Shown: one piece after another, positions 61,242 through 64,000 of the stretch
Layout of the letters: every line of letters starts with the position of its first letter
Numbering within the stretch: position 1 is the first letter of the stretch
From: Candidatus Latescibacterota bacterium
GTDB lineage: Bacteria; Latescibacterota; UBA2968; GCA-2709665
NCBI GenBank assembly: GCA_965219455.1
Contig: OZ244744.1
Coordinates: 192,001-256,000 of the forward strand
Direction: 5' to 3'
DNA length: 64,000 bases
The notes under the pieces: generated by a model
Seen by the model: the letters and a program-made list of their open reading frames with translations, nothing else
What the model was told of the DNA's origin: nothing
Database searches by the model: none
Program-made: the position numbers and the translations under genes

Positions 61242-61315
61242 GCCATTTTCCCCAAAAACCCTTTATATCTACATGACACTTTTGCGGCATCCGATAGTTT
61301 AGTATGTCAATCGCA

Positions 61316-61558
61316 TTAATTCCGAAGCGATGGATCATGCCGTTGATCGCGGAACGACCATAGTTTGAACTCGCCGCGGCCGCGTTTAAGCTTGTCGCGC
61401 AAGGGCGCAAGCCGGTTGGGGTCGACTTGCCGGGACCGCAGGAAAAATCCGTCCGGGCGCTCTTCCAACTCAAGCTGGTCGCCGGGCCCGACCCCCAGTG
61501 CATCCAGCACACTCTCGGGAATGGTCACCTGCCGCCGCCAGTTGATCTTGAGGATCAT
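61316..61558 (-). CDS. AbrB/MazE/SpoVT family antitoxin-like protein
   Basis: KINWRRQVTIPESVLDALGVGPGDQLEL motif. Confidence 0.88.
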   Translation of the reverse strand: MILKINWRRQVTIPESVLDALGVGPGDQLELEERPDGFFLRSRQVDPNRLAPLRDKLKRGRGEFKLWSFRDQRHDPSLRN

Positions 61559-61591
61559 CCATCTCTCCCTACGGCACTGGAATAAGGCAAC

Positions 61592-64000
61592 TCATTTGAT
61601 ATGTATTACCGCCGGTTTCTCCAGACCCGCTTCGGAAGCCGCGTTATGGAACAGATTGACAACCGTCGGATGGCAGGTAAAAACCAGCACCTGGTTGGTT
61701 TTGGATAGCTCCGTGAACGCGGTGGCGGCCCTGAGCGCGCGATCGGGATCGAAGTTCACAAGGATCTCGTCCACAACGACGGGGAGCGGCTCCGTTCGCT
61801 CCCCCAGTTCGCGGATCAGCCCGAAACGGAGCGACAGGAACAGTTGCTCCCGCGTACCCCGGCTCAGTTCGGACGGCTGCTTCGTCCGGCCGTCGGCGTC
61901 CGTCACCGTTATCGTCTGTTCACCGAGGGGCGCGTATACCTGCCGGTACCGTCCATCGGTGATCGCAGTGAAGAATTTCTCAGCGTGACGGACGACTCCC
62001 GGCTGGCGTTCTTGCTCGAACTTTCGCCGCGCTTCTTCAAGCAGGTTACGGGCAAGCGTTAGCCGGGTCCATTCCCGGGCGTGGTCCTTGATCTGCTCCA
62101 GGAGTACGTTTCGCTCCATCCGAAGTCGGGACGACTCTTCCTCGCCCATGAGCCCTTTCAGATCGGCCCGGATAGAGCCACGCTCTGTCGACAACTCCTC
62201 ACGTCGGGCGTTGGCAATGGCCCTTTCTTCCTCCAGCCCGTCTATCTCGTCGGCGATAGACTGGGAATCCGTGTCAGCGAGATCGACCTTTAGGTTTTCT
62301 AGCGGTTTGCCCGGACCGCTAATTCGCTGAAGACGGTCAAGCGCCGCACAAGCCTTCTCTTCGAGTTCCGTTCGCTTTTCGGATAGACCTGCGAGCACGC
62401 GGAACGCTTCGGCGTCCTCAGCGCCGCCTGATTGGAGTAGGTGGTCAAGCTCCTCTTCTGCCTTTTGGAGGTCGCTCCTGCGCTCTTCCAATTCGCGCTC
62501 GGCGTCCTTCAATTCGAGTTTCGCGTCGGTCCGATTTCTTACGCTCTCCCGAACCTCTTCCATCAACTCGACCAGCCTGTCCGCGGCATCGGCAACGGTG
62601 CGCCAGTCGCTCCGATCGAAGGTGACGCCGAAAGCCCTGGCAAGCGGCTCGACAGCCTCAACGTATTCGTCGATGTCCTTCCGGATGGCCTCGATGCGCT
62701 GCTGCCAGCTTCGCACATCTTCAAGGTGGCTGTGTCCAAGTTCGACCTGACTTTGCAGCACATCGGCCGTCTCTGGTGTGAAGGTTTCCAACAGACCACG
62801 CGCCGATAACCATTCGTTCCATTCACGCTGCGCCGGGTCCAACTGCCGCTCCGCATCCTCGACGCCGGCAGCGGACTCTTCGGCACGGGTCTGTCTCTGC
62901 TCTACCAGGTCTTTCGCGCCCTCGAGCGCATCATTGAGCCGAGTCCGTTCCCTGAGCCTGCCCTCCTGTTCGTCAATGAACGCCTCGGCGGCGAGGAGGG
63001 ACGATTCATCTATCACTTCGAGGCCGAGGGCCATTGCGTCCTGCATCATCCTGGACTGGAGATCCTCGATGTCCGCTTCGGCGCGGCGCAGGGACTCGCG
63101 AATAGGGCCTGCGAGCGGCGATTCCCCGGCAACCATTGGTCCGGACTTTCGAGATACAAACAGGTATATGCCCACGCTGACAAGCGCAATGCCAGCCGCG
63201 GCGCCGATATATAGAGTCGTTCCGCCGAGAACCCCTCCTGCGATCAGGAGCCCAAACCCGAAAACGAGGCTGATCGCCGCGACGGTCCTGGCACCGCCTG
63301 CCGCTCCGTCCGAGGTTGCTGCACTCTCCAAGCCATCGAGTTGAGTCTGCAGATTCCGCACGTTCTGTCGCTGCCGGCCGATTTCATCGAGTTGCGCTTT
63401 TGTGGCGCGCGCCAGGTTGCGTTGCTGTAGTATCTGCTCTGCATCCAGACCCGGCGTCATGGACGCCTCGAATTCTAGTTGCGCCTTGCTCTCCGCGTCT
63501 ATGGCCTCCTCCAATGCGGCCCTGTCCTGACCGAGTCTCGACCTGCGGCTCGAATACTCCGCGGAAGCGTCGCGCAATCGCTCACCATGCTCGGAGATCT
63601 CCTGGCGGACGGCTAATGAGAGATCGAATTCTTCCAACCGGGCATCGTCCCAGTCGGGTCCCAGGCCTTTCATGGTTACGGCCAGGGTTCTCATATGGCC
63701 TTCAAGCTCGGTCTCGCGTTCCGGGAGGTCTTTGACAGAGCCATGGAAAGCAGTGCGACCATTTTGCAGACGGCGGACGTCGGCCGAGTACTCCAGAATA
63801 GCCTCGTGCTCTACCCGGACGTCCGCTGCGCGTTCGGCCTCAGACACTCGTTGTTCCGCTGACTCGTACTCCCGCCGAGCGGCCCTGACGCGCTCCTGTA
63901 ATGCTTCCAGCCGATTCACACCATCCGCGGGGAAGGTGTCGATAGCCGGTATGCCAGCCAATTCTTGCTCGGCGGATTTCAGGTCATTCCAACCGTCCCA
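61592..64000 (-). CDS. YhaN/Rad50-like (AAA_27-type) coiled-coil ATPase, 3' part (runs off right edge)
   Basis: Long coiled coils, central hydrophobic hairpin, LSRGTREQLFLSLR and VVVDEILVNFD; frame open to 64000. Confidence 0.88.
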   Translation of the reverse strand, partial: WDGWNDLKSAEQELAGIPAIDTFPADGVNRLEALQERVRAARREYESAEQRVSEAERAADVRVEHEAILEYSADVRRLQNGRTAFHGSVKDLPERETELEGHMRTLAVTMKGLGPDWDDARLEEFDLSLAVRQEISEHGERLRDASAEYSSRRSRLGQDRAALEEAIDAESKAQLEFEASMTPGLDAEQILQQRNLARATKAQLDEIGRQRQNVRNLQTQLDGLESAATSDGAAGGARTVAAISLVFGFGLLIAGGVLGGTTLYIGAAAGIALVSVGIYLFVSRKSGPMVAGESPLAGPIRESLRRAEADIEDLQSRMMQDAMALGLEVIDESSLLAAEAFIDEQEGRLRERTRLNDALEGAKDLVEQRQTRAEESAAGVEDAERQLDPAQREWNEWLSARGLLETFTPETADVLQSQVELGHSHLEDVRSWQQRIEAIRKDIDEYVEAVEPLARAFGVTFDRSDWRTVADAADRLVELMEEVRESVRNRTDAKLELKDAERELEERRSDLQKAEEELDHLLQSGGAEDAEAFRVLAGLSEKRTELEEKACAALDRLQRISGPGKPLENLKVDLADTDSQSIADEIDGLEEERAIANARREELSTERGSIRADLKGLMGEEESSRLRMERNVLLEQIKDHAREWTRLTLARNLLEEARRKFEQERQPGVVRHAEKFFTAITDGRYRQVYAPLGEQTITVTDADGRTKQPSELSRGTREQLFLSLRFGLIRELGERTEPLPVVVDEILVNFDPDRALRAATAFTELSKTNQVLVFTCHPTVVNLFHNAASEAGLEKPAVIHIK

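Overview
GC-rich bacterial chromosomal segment, mostly core genome. The lineage is probably an uncultured FCB/Latescibacterota-type one (inference from a dockerin-like DFDGDG module, DUF6029/TonB genes and an atypical 16S). The left part is a minus-strand housekeeping run (rsmA partial, tatD, metG, holB, rimI, tsaB, ruvBAC, yebC), then a complete class IIC group II intron inserted behind the terminator of an EF-G paralog, then a full rrn operon (16S, tRNA-Ile, tRNA-Ala, 23S, 5S). The middle holds three exported proteins that appear to lack catalytic residues, a three-gene exported redox operon, an IS1380 element, and tilS-ftsH-folP-purM-holA-trxA. The right part holds galU-like plus glucuronokinase-like genes, nadA, ABC transporters, a small catabolic cluster, toxin-antitoxin loci, a TonB receptor, an OprB porin, a MITE and a partial YhaN-like ATPase. 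The standout is the redox operon at 24871-27986. It encodes a TlpA-like CxxC redoxin, a DUF6029-like barrel ending in CxxGxC, and a gene the ORF track splits in two at an in-frame TGA. Read through, that gene is a secreted selenoprotein with a UxxC thioredoxin fold, an Ig-like domain and a dockerin-like tail, and a SECIS-like hairpin follows the TGA. All family assignments are from recognising motifs by eye; no database searches were run.
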